The notes beneath the pieces are model-generated. The model ran no database searches. It was not told the DNA's origin and saw only the letters and a program-made list of their open reading frames with translations. 64,000 nt of DNA, taken from positions 26,228,001 to 26,292,000 of the forward strand of contig CM059433.1 in assembly GCA_030390025.1 (NCBI GenBank), read 5' to 3'. The translations under genes were made by a program, and so were the position numbers. This stretch comes from Squalus acanthias (lineage: Eukaryota). Position 1 is the first letter of the stretch, and each line of letters opens with the position of its first letter. Below are positions 1-10,212 of this stretch, piece after piece.

Positions 1-963
1 GAGGAGATGGTCCCTGAAGCTGCCACTGGGAGTGATGCTGCAGCTGAGGAGGAAGAGGAAGCCGGAGCATCAGTGCCACCCTCTCCCGAGGAAGCCCATG
101 GCCACACTGGGAACACGCCTTCCCCGGAGGGGAGCAGGGGGGAAGGGGCTGATGATGGTGAAGTTCCAGGACCCAGCGGGCTGCAGCAACGCCATGGGGG
201 GGGGAGGGAAGAACAGGAGCCTTCTCCCCAGAGGGAGAGTATGCCAGACACTCCTAATGCAATGGACGCAGAGGAGGAGCGGATGATTGCAGAAATGAAC
301 AGCCAGGCGGTGGTCATGCACACTGAGCTCATGGGTGCAGTGGGAAGGGTGCCCGAATGCATTGAGGCACTGGCAAGGAGTGTGGAGCACTTCGCTGTAG
401 CACAGGCGGATGCCACACTAAAGCTTACTGCTGCAATTCAGTCACTGGCTGCCAGGAACCCATCTGAGCCTGCTCTCATGCAGACTCAGATTGAGGCCAC
501 GCGAGCACTGACTGCTGCCATCCTCGATGGTTCGTGCACATGTCCCCGGGGCTGTCACCGCGCCGCAGCAGGCCAGCAATCTGTTCTCAGGCAAATTGCT
601 CCGGATGCTGAAGTGCTGCCCCGTGGGAGTGCCAGTGTGTCGGGCGAGCAGGGAGTTGCTGTCCTCTCTCACGATGACAGCATTCCTGCTGCCAACACTG
701 TCACTTCTCCACTGCACTTGCCACCGCCTGTAGGACAGACTGCTGCCGCCCATGCAGAGTTGGTGCAGTCTGCAGCCGGGCCCTCCAGGCCCAGAAGTGG
801 TCGAGGCCGGCCTTCAGGGGCATCTGCAGTGTCAGGGTCTGACAAGCAGCAGCCTTCCACCAGCCTTGCTGCAGCCACTGAGGTCCCATTACGGAGGAGC
901 AGTAGGGTTAGAAGGGGGGAAGTGCGCAAGGGAAGGAGATCACCCTCGAAGGGCAAAAAGTAG
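1..963 (+). CDS. Last coding exon of Harbinger accessory (Myb/SANT-type partner) protein: acidic/disordered region, predicted helical region and basic C-terminal tail; 5' exons outside window
   Basis: Open frame to the stop at 961-963. Its C-terminus (AAAHAELVQSAAGPSRPRSGRGRP...QQPSTS...LRRSSRV) is homologous to the last exons of the Myb-containing accessory genes at 6230-7889 and 51247-53030. Confidence 0.75.
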   Translation, partial: EEMVPEAATGSDAAAEEEEEAGASVPPSPEEAHGHTGNTPSPEGSRGEGADDGEVPGPSGLQQRHGGGREEQEPSPQRESMPDTPNAMDAEEERMIAEMNSQAVVMHTELMGAVGRVPECIEALARSVEHFAVAQADATLKLTAAIQSLAARNPSEPALMQTQIEATRALTAAILDGSCTCPRGCHRAAAGQQSVLRQIAPDAEVLPRGSASVSGEQGVAVLSHDDSIPAANTVTSPLHLPPPVGQTAAAHAELVQSAAGPSRPRSGRGRPSGASAVSGSDKQQPSTSLAAATEVPLRRSSRVRRGEVRKGRRSPSKGKK

Positions 964-1257
964 GATGTGTGCCAAAATGCTGGTCATTTTTTTATTAAAG
1001 GCCGAGGTTCATGGCCCAACTTTTGTTTAGTGTTTTGGACATTATCTCCAGGTTGTGAGAACCAGTTATGTTATTGACTGTTTTTTGGTGTTTATTTCTA
1101 TGAGTTTCTCATGAGGAATTGACACACACAGAGTTTGTACAATAAATAAGTTTCTGTATTCAAAATATACATGGCTGGTGGTTGGAATTATTGGTGCCTT
1201 GGCCGGCTTAGGGGTTGCGTGCTGGGTTGATTCGTGTTTGTAGCACTGGCAGGGGTC

Positions 1258-2418
1258 CTAGAAGCGGCTTGCTATTAGTCGTTGACGGACGGCCCTTGCA
1301 GTTTGACCATTGTGGGCCGCCCTCCTGCCTTGGTGCTGCTGCTGATCATCGTCCTCGGCCTGTTCCTCCTCTTCCTCCTCCTCCTCTTGTGGTGCTGCAA
1401 GGCCTGGTGGCATTGGCTGCGTCCTGAGGATTGCCATGTTGTGCAACATGCAGCACACCACTACGAATTTGGAAACTTGCTCAGGCGAGTACTGCAGGGC
1501 TCCTCCGGAATGGTCCAGACAGCGGAATCGTTGTTTGAGCACGCCGATTGTGCGCTCAATAATGTTCCTCGTTGCTTGTTGGCTTTCCTGGTACCGCAGC
1601 TCAGCAGGGGTGTTTGGCGCACGGAGCGGTGTCATCAGCCAGGTGCTCAATGCGTACCCCTTGTCCCCCAGAAGCCAACCAACTGGCTGATGCGGTGCCT
1701 CGAAAATTTCTGCCACAGTACTCTGGCGCAGGATGAAAGCATCGTGGCAGCTGCCCGGATAGTGGGCATTGACAGCGAGAATCACCTGTCTGTGGTCACA
1801 GACCAACTGCACATTCAAGGAATGGAACCCCTTTCTGTTCCGGAACTCCTCTGCATTCTCTCGCGGAGCACGCAAAGCCACATGCGTGCAGTCAATGGCG
1901 CCCTGCACCATGGGGAAGCCCGCTACCCTCGCAAAGCCCATAGCACGGTCATGCTGCTTGTCTGGGGTCATAGGGAAGGAGATGAAGTCTCGTCTCCTTG
2001 TGAAGAGGGCATTGGTGACCTGCCGAATGCAGCGATGCACCGCAAACTGGGAGATATTGGCGAGGTCCCCAACAGCAGCTTGGAATGAGCCAGTGGCGTA
2101 GAAGTTCAAGGCCACTGTGACCTTCACTGCCACCGACAGAGACGTCCTGGACCTCAGCTGAGGCTGCAGATCTGGCTGCAGCAGGTGGCAGAGCTCAGTG
2201 ACCACCTCCTTGCTGAATCGCAGCCTTCGCAAACACAGCTCCTCGGACATGTGGATGTAGGAGAGCTGTTCACGATATACCCTGGGAGGGTAAGCTCTCC
2301 TGTACATGCGCCTGATGGGCCTCCTCCGTCTGGCCATCATTGCCACTCTCTGTCTGCGTCTCACTCTGCTCCGATTGAGCTGGAGCAGGACGACGCCCCC
2401 AATCATTGCAGCCCCCAT
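1258..2418 (-). CDS. Harbinger/PIF (HARBI1-like, DDE_Tnp_4-type) transposase, 386 aa, uninterrupted
   Basis: Motifs GAIDCTH, NRKGFHSLNVQ, YPGSCHDA, LLGDKGY, IERTIGVLKQRFRCL and CCMLHN are present, plus an N-terminal HTH region (LNFYATGSFQ...ISQFAVHRCIRQVT) and an acidic tail ending RLIASRF. Confidence 0.95.
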   Translation of the reverse strand: MGAAMIGGVVLLQLNRSRVRRRQRVAMMARRRRPIRRMYRRAYPPRVYREQLSYIHMSEELCLRRLRFSKEVVTELCHLLQPDLQPQLRSRTSLSVAVKVTVALNFYATGSFQAAVGDLANISQFAVHRCIRQVTNALFTRRRDFISFPMTPDKQHDRAMGFARVAGFPMVQGAIDCTHVALRAPRENAEEFRNRKGFHSLNVQLVCDHRQVILAVNAHYPGSCHDAFILRQSTVAEIFEAPHQPVGWLLGDKGYALSTWLMTPLRAPNTPAELRYQESQQATRNIIERTIGVLKQRFRCLDHSGGALQYSPEQVSKFVVVCCMLHNMAILRTQPMPPGLAAPQEEEEEEEEQAEDDDQQQHQGRRAAHNGQTARAVRQRLIASRF

Positions 2419-2613
2419 CTTCTCTTTGCCAGAAAAGTAATGAGGTACAGCAACGAAAGTAGCAGCAAAGTTAGGATGAACTAGGCAAAACTACCTCACA
2501 AAGCGTTGAGTCAATGTAGAAGTCTCTCTCTCTCTCTCTCCGAATCTCTCTCTCTCTCTCAGAACGAGTGGTGCATAAATGTCGACCACAGAAAAAGACA
2601 GGAAGAGGCCCCC

Positions 2614-2758
2614 TTTAAATAGCGCCCCCCCCAGCCCCAGACCGATTGATAACGTTCCAGTCTTCCGGTCGTTGGAAGCGCCAGGCGGTAAGGCAGGGGG
2701 CGCCACTCAATTTCCGCTCCGGGGCGCCCCAAGGGCGTTGCACCACAGAATGACGTCA
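2614..2758 (-). promoter_or_regulatory. Putative transposase promoter: TATA box (TATTTAAA, 2614-2621 minus) and CRE-like TGACGTCA (2751-2758)
   Basis: Both motifs lie about 200-340 bp upstream of the transposase ATG and are conserved in the related MITE (13072-13079, 13209-13216). A similar TATA occurs at 30370-30382. Confidence 0.5.
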
Positions 2759-2994
2759 CAATCTGCGCGCGCAGGTGGTCGCAGCGGTAAGTTTTAGCGC
2801 CGCCGCACAATCTCAAGTTAAGTTCTCGAGCGGCGCAAACAGCGCTGCGCCCAGGCGTTAGCGCCTTAACGCCCCATTAGCGCCCATTTAAGGCGCTAAC
2901 GGGAGGCGCAACCAACTGAATTTTTACCCCTATGACTCTATGACATAGCTAACCTCTCCCAGTTCACCGTCCATCGCTGAATCTGAGAGGTCAT

Positions 2995-5318
2995 CCGCGC
3001 ATTTTAAAAGAATCTAGGGAAGAGATAGCAGAGGCATTACTACACATATTTAGTAATTCGTTAGAAAAAGGTGTAGTGCCAGAGGACTGGCGGATAGCTA
3101 GCGTAATACCTATATTTAAGAAGGGAGATAGAACATGTCCAGGGAACTATAGGCCAGTCAGCTTAACATCGGTGGTAGGAAAAATAATGGAATCCCTACT
3201 AAAGGAGAAAATGGAAGAACATCTAGAAACGAAAAATATAATGGCCCTGAAATTCCGTTCCCTACGGGTGAGTACGTGCTGTGTATTCATCCGTAGGGCC
3301 AACGGAAGTGCCGGTTTCGCGCATGCGCTGCGCATGCGCTGCGCATGCGCTGAAAACCGGAACTTCCGTTCTCTTGAAGGAAGGGGTTCACAGGTCAACT
3401 GCGTGCGCTGGAGAGGCAGCGCGAATGCATCGAACTTCCGTTTTTTTCTCAGTTGATGCAGTGCGGGTAAGTCCCTAGCAGCTGCGCGTGGAAAAAGCAG
3501 GTGCAAGGCCTGCTTTTAACAAGGTAAAAGGTGAATAAAGTAAAAGTAAAACATTTTTTCCACAGGTTTATCATTTTAAAATACTTTAAAGAAAGGTAAG
3601 TTTATTTTTAGCCCCGTTAAAAACTTTAATTATTTTTTTCAAAAATTTAAATTTTTGTTTAAAGTAGTTCATTTATGTAATTTATAGTTATTTTAAAAAT
3701 GTGATTTAAAAAAAAAAATTATTTGAAGTTTTACTTAGGTTTTGGGGCCGATCTCTATTCATAGATTTGACAGGTCTTCCTGTCAAATCTATGAATGGAG
3801 ATTCCCTGCTCCGATTGGCTCCCCATGGCCCACGTGATCCCAGGGGACGCTGCGAACTAGCTGCGTCCCTGGGATACGTGTGCCCTGTACACTGGCAGCT
3901 GGAGCAGGCACAGGAACGGAATTCTGCGCGGGCCCAGAGCATAACGGTAGGTGCGCTTCTTAAGTGCAGGTCGGGGGCTTGCGCCCGCGGGAAGCCTCCA
4001 ACCGGAATTTCTGGGCCATGAATAAATAGTCAGCATGGATTTCAAAAGGGAAAGTCTTGCTTAACCAACCTAATTGAATTTTTTGAAGAGGTAACAGAGA
4101 GAGTAGACAATGGTAATGCAGTAGATGTAATTTATCTAGGTTTTCAAAAGGTCTTTGATAAGGTACCACATAATAATGAATAAGGACAAGGAATGCAGAG
4201 TCAGGGAACAAGTAGCAGAATGGATAGCTGGCTGGCTTCAAGGCAGAAAGCAGAGAGTAGGGGTAAAGGGTAACTATTCAGAGTGGCAGAAGGTGGGTAG
4301 TGGTGGTCCACAAGGATCAGTGCTGGGACCACTGCTGTTCACAATTTATATTAACAATTTAGACTTTGGAATCAAAAACACAATTTCTAAATTTGTGGTT
4401 GACACCAAATTGGAGGGGATAGTCAATACTGGGGAGGACTGCAACAAATTACAAGAAGACATCAATAAACTTGCAGAATGGATATATAATTGGCAAATTA
4501 AATTCAACACAGATAAATGTGAAGTATTACATTTTGGTAAGAAAAATAGGGAGGTCACACATTACTTGGAAAATAAGAATCTAAATGGGGTAGAGGAGCA
4601 AAGGGATCTTGGAGTACAAATACACAAATCACTAAAAGTATCGACACAGGTTAACAAGGCCATAGAAAAGGCAATCCAAGCACTAGGATTTATTTCTAGA
4701 GGGATAGAATTGAAAAGTAGTGAAGTTATGCTAAACTTGTATCGAACCTTGGTTAGACCACACTTAGAGTACTGCGTACAATTCTGGTCACCATATTATA
4801 AAAAGGATATAGAGGCACTGGAGAGGGTGCAGAGAAGATTTATGAGGATGATACCAGAAATGCGAGGGTATACCTATCAGGAAAGGATGAACAGGCTGGA
4901 TCTCTTTTCTCTTGAAAAGAGAAGTCTGAGGAGTGACCTAATAGAGGTCTTTAAAATCATGAAAGGTTTTGATTGAGTAGATACAGAGAGAGTGTTTCCA
5001 CTTGTGGGGAAGAGCAAAACTAGAGGCCATCAATATAAGATAATCACCAAGAAATCCAATAGGGAATTCAGAAGAAACTTCTTTACCCAGAGAGTGGTGA
5101 GAATGTGGAACTCACTACCACAGGGAATGGTTGAAGCGAATAGTATAGATGTATTTAACGGGCGGTTAGATAAGCATATGAGGGAGAAGGGAATAGAGGG
5201 TTATGCTGATAGAGTTAGATGAGGAAAGACGGGAGGAGGCTCGAGTGGAGCATAAACGCCGGCATGGACTGGTTGGGCCGAAGGGCCTGTTTCTGTGCTG
5301 TATATCCTCTGTAATCCG
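2995..5318 (+). mobile_element. 5'-truncated CR1 LINE (RT domain to 3' tail), interrupted by a MITE
   Basis: PEDWRIASVIPIFKKGDRTCPGNYRPVSLTSVVGK, PQGSVLGPLLFTIYIN, LVRPHLEYCVQFWSP and FFTQRVVRMWNSLP, with frameshifts. CR1-type 3' end ggccgaagggcctgtttctgtgctgta. Confidence 0.92.
3243..4017. mobile_element. Non-autonomous Harbinger-type MITE inserted in CR1
   Basis: TIRs GGCCCTGAAATTCCG / CCGGAATTTCTGGGCC. CR1 coding sequence resumes on both sides. TSD is ambiguous. Confidence 0.8.
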
Positions 5319-5319
5319 A

Positions 5320-6065
5320 TGTCACAGAGGCTCTCTACACTAGGAGAAGGGACTACGTTGTCTTCTCGCTGAACAGAGAAAAGCAGGAGGAGCGCGCATG
5401 TGGCTTTGCCAAGATAGCGGGCTTCCCCATGGTGCAGAGCACCATCGACTGCACACACGTGGCTTTGCGGGCGCCGTATACCAATCCTGAGATCTTCCAT
5501 AACCGCAAAGGCTACCACTCACTTAATGTGCAGTTGTTGTGCGACCACGCCCAGCGCATCCTGATGGACAATGCCCGCTATCCTGGCAACAGTCATGATG
5601 CCTTCATCCTGTCAGTCCGGTGTGCCAGCAATCTTCCAGTCACCATGTCAAACCCGAGGGTGGCTGCTCGGAGACAAGGGCTATCCGCTCTGCACCTGGC
5701 TCATGACTCCCTTCTGTAACCCCACCACTCCTGTTCAGCACTCAGATAATGAGAGCCAAGCTGTCACCGGGAACATCATCGAGCAGACTATCGGGCTGCT
5801 GAAGCAAAGGTTCCACTGCCTTGACTGCTCGGGAAGAGCCCTCCAGTACTCGCTGGAGCAGGTGTCCCATTTCGTGATGTTCTGCTGCATGCTTCACAAC
5901 TTAGCTATCATGAGGGCGCAGCCCTTGCCAGCAGGGATTGTGGGACCACCTCAAGAAGAGGATGAGGGAGAGGAGGAGGAGGAGGAGGACAAGGAGGAAA
6001 GGATGAGGCAGGCAGCAAATCTCCTTTCCGCACGGGTTGTCCGTAAATGCCTCATCAGATTCTAA
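5320..6065 (+). pseudogene. Harbinger transposase remnant (5'-truncated, frameshifted)
   Basis: TIDCTHVAL, NRKGYHSLNVQ, YPGNSHDA, frameshift, LLGDKGY, IEQTIGLLKQRF, CCMLHN, acidic tail. Confidence 0.9.
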
Positions 6066-6227
6066 TTCGAGTGAATGAAACCCCAGATCCCCGTTGCTCA
6101 CCACATCCCCATCATACCATCCCAGCGTCGACCTGGGCACAAAGCTGAAATGAGAGTCATCACAAAACAAACAATCCAAATAAAATTAATAAATTTATAA
6201 GTATTCAATTTACATTACATTATGAAC

Positions 6228-7889
6228 TAATCACCCTTGTGCAATCCCTTAGTGCCTGCCGTTCATGTGCCCTTTCCTACGCTAGTGCTCCTACGCAGTG
6301 CTCCCCCAGTGGCTGCAGCACAGCTGGTGGAAGGCTGCTGAGTTTCCGTGGGGGAAACTACAGATGGCCTTGCAGGACGACCTCGACCAGCTGTGCACCT
6401 GGAAAGCCCAGCTGCAGTCTGCATCACCTCGGCATGGGCAGCAGCAGTCTGGGCTGGCTGGCTGACAGGCAGCGACAAGGGCCATGGCGGAGTGGCAGTG
6501 GTGGGAGTAGGAATGCTGTCATCCACTGCCACTCCCCCAGGGCGGCGCCTCAGCATTCCTAGCAATCTGCAGGAGGACATCTGCAACACCTGGCACGCCC
6601 CTTTCGAAACTCGTAGTAAGCCCAGCCACGATGGCAGCAGTCTGAGCTTCCACTGCAGCAGTGAGACATTGGGTCGCTTCCGCCTGTGCTGCAATGGAAG
6701 CCGTGAGATCGCCCATGACACGCAGCAGCATGGCTGGGTCCACAAGGTCTCTCCTGGAGTTATCCATCATTTCCAGCCTGGAAATCATGGGCTCCAAGCT
6801 CTGCGCAAAGCACCCGAGCTACCCTTTACCCCTGGCCTTGTTGCAGCCCACTCATGCCCGGTGCCTCACCATGTGCAGATTTAGCATCTAAACAACCCTC
6901 TACAATCCGCACAGTGCCAGTTTCTGAGCTGGTGTCTGCGAGTGTCAGATGCAGTGATGGTGTGTCATCTTTTCCATCTCCACTCTCCTTCATGACTTCG
7001 AGACAGGCTGGCCAGCTGGCAGTTCTTGGTTATCTGAAAGCAGAAAGGCACAAGAGTCAGGTTATGGTGAGGGGAAGGGGGGGATGGTAGGGATGAAGCA
7101 AGATATCCATGCATACAACATCAGCAGCTTGTAAGTGAGAAGTGATTGTGGATGAGGGGGAAGTGGGATGTGAGAAGAAGGATTAAGAATGAGCATACCG
7201 CTATTGTCCCCAAGGGCTTCAACTTCACCTGTTGCCACGGCCTCGGTGACTTCCCCTCCAATGATGTCGAGCACCATCTCCTCCAGTTAACTCAAGGCCT
7301 GTAATGCAGCTTGGCCGCCTCCCATCTGCCACTGCTCCCGGCGGTTGTGCGTCACCTTGGCCTGAAAGAGAAAGGGAAGTGTGTGAGTGAGTGTGGTGCA
7401 ATGTGTTTGGGTGATGTGCCTGCCATAGTTGAATAGCTGTCAGTGTGTGCAAGGTGTGAGATTTGGGTGTGAGTGTTGCAGCAGTGGTAAGGTTGTGAGG
7501 ATGAAGTGAAGCCATGATTGTGAGGTACGAGTGGTGATAGGCAGAGATTGTTGGTAGGTGAGTGATGGGGGTGTGGTGCATTGAGCAATGTGTGAGGTTT
7601 GTGATGCAGATGGTGGAATATGACATTTGCTGAAGCCTTCATTTACCTTAACCTGCCGTGTGAGGTCATTAAATTTCTTTCGGCACTGTATCCAGGTCCG
7701 CGGAACAACACTGTTGGTCGTGACGTGGGCAGCTATCTCTTGCCAGAGCCTTCTGCAAGTGGGCTTTGATGGCTTCCTGCCACCCTGCGGGAACAGGACA
7801 CCCTGCCTTCTCTCTACTACTACAACCAATGCCTCGCGAGCCACATCCGAGAACCTTGCGGCTCATTCTCTGTGTTGCTGCTGAGCCAT
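6228..7889 (-). pseudogene. Three-exon Harbinger Myb/SANT accessory gene (exons about 7889-7647, 7361-7199, 7033-6228), with stops
   Basis: Exon 1 reads RFSD..REAL...LF...LWQEIAAHV...RTWIQCRKKFNDL followed by GT. Exon 2 reads AKVTHNRREQWQMGGG...LEEMVLDIIG. GT-AG junctions have compatible phases (0 and 1). Confidence 0.8.
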
Positions 7890-9704
7890 GTCTTCAAACT
7901 CCAATGACAATGTGGTGCTGCTGCATCAAAGCACCTCCCCTTTAAGTAGTGGACAGAGGCTAAGCCAAACATTACTGGCCATTAGACTGCACCCGATATT
8001 GGCCCACCTGTTGAGCACTAAGCCAATCAGCAGCGCATTTAGCGCTGAGACCAGCACTCCAATCATGTATATGAGCAGGCAGCATGAATTTTGCATGCTG
8101 CCTGCACCACTTTGAATGGGCACAACCAAATAGCGCTGGCCCATGACACCGCCCGTTTTTGGACCATATCCAATTTCTAGGCCTGCATTTCCATGGTTTC
8201 ATGAACAGAAATATACCTAATACTAAAAAGATTTAAAATATTTTGTCCACAGCCCACAGATAAAATCAACATATTGGTATTGGCATAGGAGATATAGTAA
8301 CAGAAGAAAAAGATCGTTAGTCAGACACCCTAGTTTAAAAACAGTTAATAGGGTGTTCGTGTTTTTACAATTGAGTAAACAAAAAGAAGAAAATATTGCC
8401 ATAAATCCATTCACTGAAATATTTTTACAGATTTTGCTGCTAAATATCTCAACATGATCCTTAAACCACATATGTCAGGAAGTGGGAGAATGCTCAGAAC
8501 TTCCTCTAGCTTCTCAAATACATAAACAGGATTTAACATTGCAGAGGATGAGGTAATATTTCTTTCAATATCACATCCGCGAATACAGACAACCCAACAG
8601 AGGAACCCACCTCACTGACCAAAGCAATACGCCACACAACAGAGTTAATTCTCCTGCACTCCAGTGTCACTTTCAGGGAGTGCACTGTGAGAAATCGTGG
8701 GCACACAGACCATGATTTTCAAACCATTAACATTCATGGGGGAAAAAAAATCACAACCTGCGGCCTGCGATTGTGGCCGCTGCTCGCGCTGGAAGTGCAG
8801 GACTGGCACCATTCACTGAATTTACAAAAAAAAACCTACTTTTCACATCATGCAGATCTTTGCAACATTTGTTTTTCGGTTATTTCTTAAACAGCAATAA
8901 CCATTATGAGCAAATCAATATTTAGCATCACTTGTCTGTATTTCCAACTCCTTGAAAACATCATCCGAGAAATTATTCCCATCGTGGCAAAAAGCTGGCA
9001 CAGGCACAGAGATGACGTACCTATGTGAACATTTTTATAGAGTCATTAACAGCATCAAACCCACAATTATAGTTACAAAGGAGGAAGACATACACAAGCA
9101 CCTCCACTTCTTTAGTATAATAGCAAAGACAATGGAATTGTTTCAAGAAAATGCCACCAGAATGCAAATACTGATAAATATTGATTTACGTTTATAACCA
9201 ATTGAAACAGAATCCATATCATACAGATTAATTGGATGAGCTGAGAGGTCAATGCACTGCATGGTAACCCTAACCCTAACATACAGACCAAGATGATCTC
9301 ATGTTTGAACCCTAGTCTGTGCTGTTAGCTGATCTCTGCCAGATCAGCCAGGGATCCCACCCCGATCCCTTTCCAATGATACTTGACAGAATGACTGTTG
9401 GATGAAGGCAGCATTGTGATGCATCCCTCCACTTAAAACAATCAATTGGTTTGTTAACACTCAGAAGCCGAAAACCCTCAGTCCTAATGGTGTGTCCGAG
9501 GTGGAAGTCGGGCACGGGAGGTCCGACACGGATGCAAATTCTGGCTGCATCCAAAATTGCTGGATCTTCACCCAGAATGCAACGTACTGCCATATCTGAC
9601 TGGACCTGAAGCAAATGGAGCCTCTGACCTTGTGCTATAACGTGAAGTCAGCTCATTTCCATGATGTCTTGGCGCTCCCGATGCACAATGCATCAAACGC
9701 TGCA

Positions 9705-9847
9705 GGGTAGAAATTCCTCTGGTGCGCTAGTACAAAATGGTCGATAATACCTCGGCCGCCTGTTGTACACCCTGACCGATATTGAGTTCCATTGACTTCA
9801 ATACCTGACAGAGTTTTGCACTGCTGCCCAAGGCGAATTTCTACCCC
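9705..9847. mobile_element. Short (about 140 bp) Harbinger-type MITE
   Basis: TIRs GGGTAGAAATTC / GAATTTCTACCC. Confidence 0.6.
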
Positions 9848-9869
9848 AGGGAGCTCAAGGAGGTGGGTT

Positions 9870-10212
9870 ATTTTTGTTTTTATTCATTCAGGGGATGTGG
9901 GCATCGCTGGCAAGGCCATCATTTATTTCCCATCTCTAATTGCCCTTGAACAACTGAGTGGCTTACTGGGCCATTTCAGAGAGCAGTTAAGAGTCAACCA
10001 CATAGGCCAAACTGGGTAAGGACAGCAGATTTCCTTCCCTAAAGGACATTAATGAACCAGATGAGTTTTTATGACAATCCAGTAGTTTCATGGTCAACAT
10101 TACGAATACTAGCTTTTTTTTCCCCCCCCAGCTGCCATGATGGGATTTGAACTCAGGTCACCAGATCATTAGTCCAGGCCTCAGGATTACTAAGTCCACT
10201 ACGCTACCGTTC
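9870..10212 (-). mobile_element. tRNA-derived SINE whose 3' tail matches the CR1-Zenon-like LINE at 20777-21345
   Basis: Shared tail gggcaattag..atgg..aataaat..tggccttgccagcgatgcccacatccc. B-box-like gttcaaatccc on the minus strand near 10142-10152. Confidence 0.6.

Larger units (their letters stand above)
1..2930. mobile_element. Young two-gene PIF/Harbinger DNA transposon (left end outside window)
   Basis: Convergent transposase (-) and accessory ORF (+). The right terminus ...ccaactgaatttttacccc ends at 2930 (reads GGGGTAAAAATTCAG from outside). The subterminal region is CpG-rich with many GGCGC/GCGCC motifs. Confidence 0.9.
5319..8183. mobile_element. Decayed two-gene Harbinger transposon (left part missing)
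   Basis: Transposase remnant (+) and Myb accessory gene (-) are convergent. Right terminus ...ccaatttctaggcc ends at 8183. Confidence 0.85.

Noticed and set aside
1282..2088. 268-aa antisense ORF over the transposase
   Set aside because: No recognisable motifs; shadow ORFs are expected opposite GC-rich coding sequence.
1258..2418. Host gene HARBI1
   Set aside because: It is intronless, lies inside a TIR-bounded element with a convergent partner, and has many decayed relatives nearby. This is a transposon transposase, not the domesticated gene.
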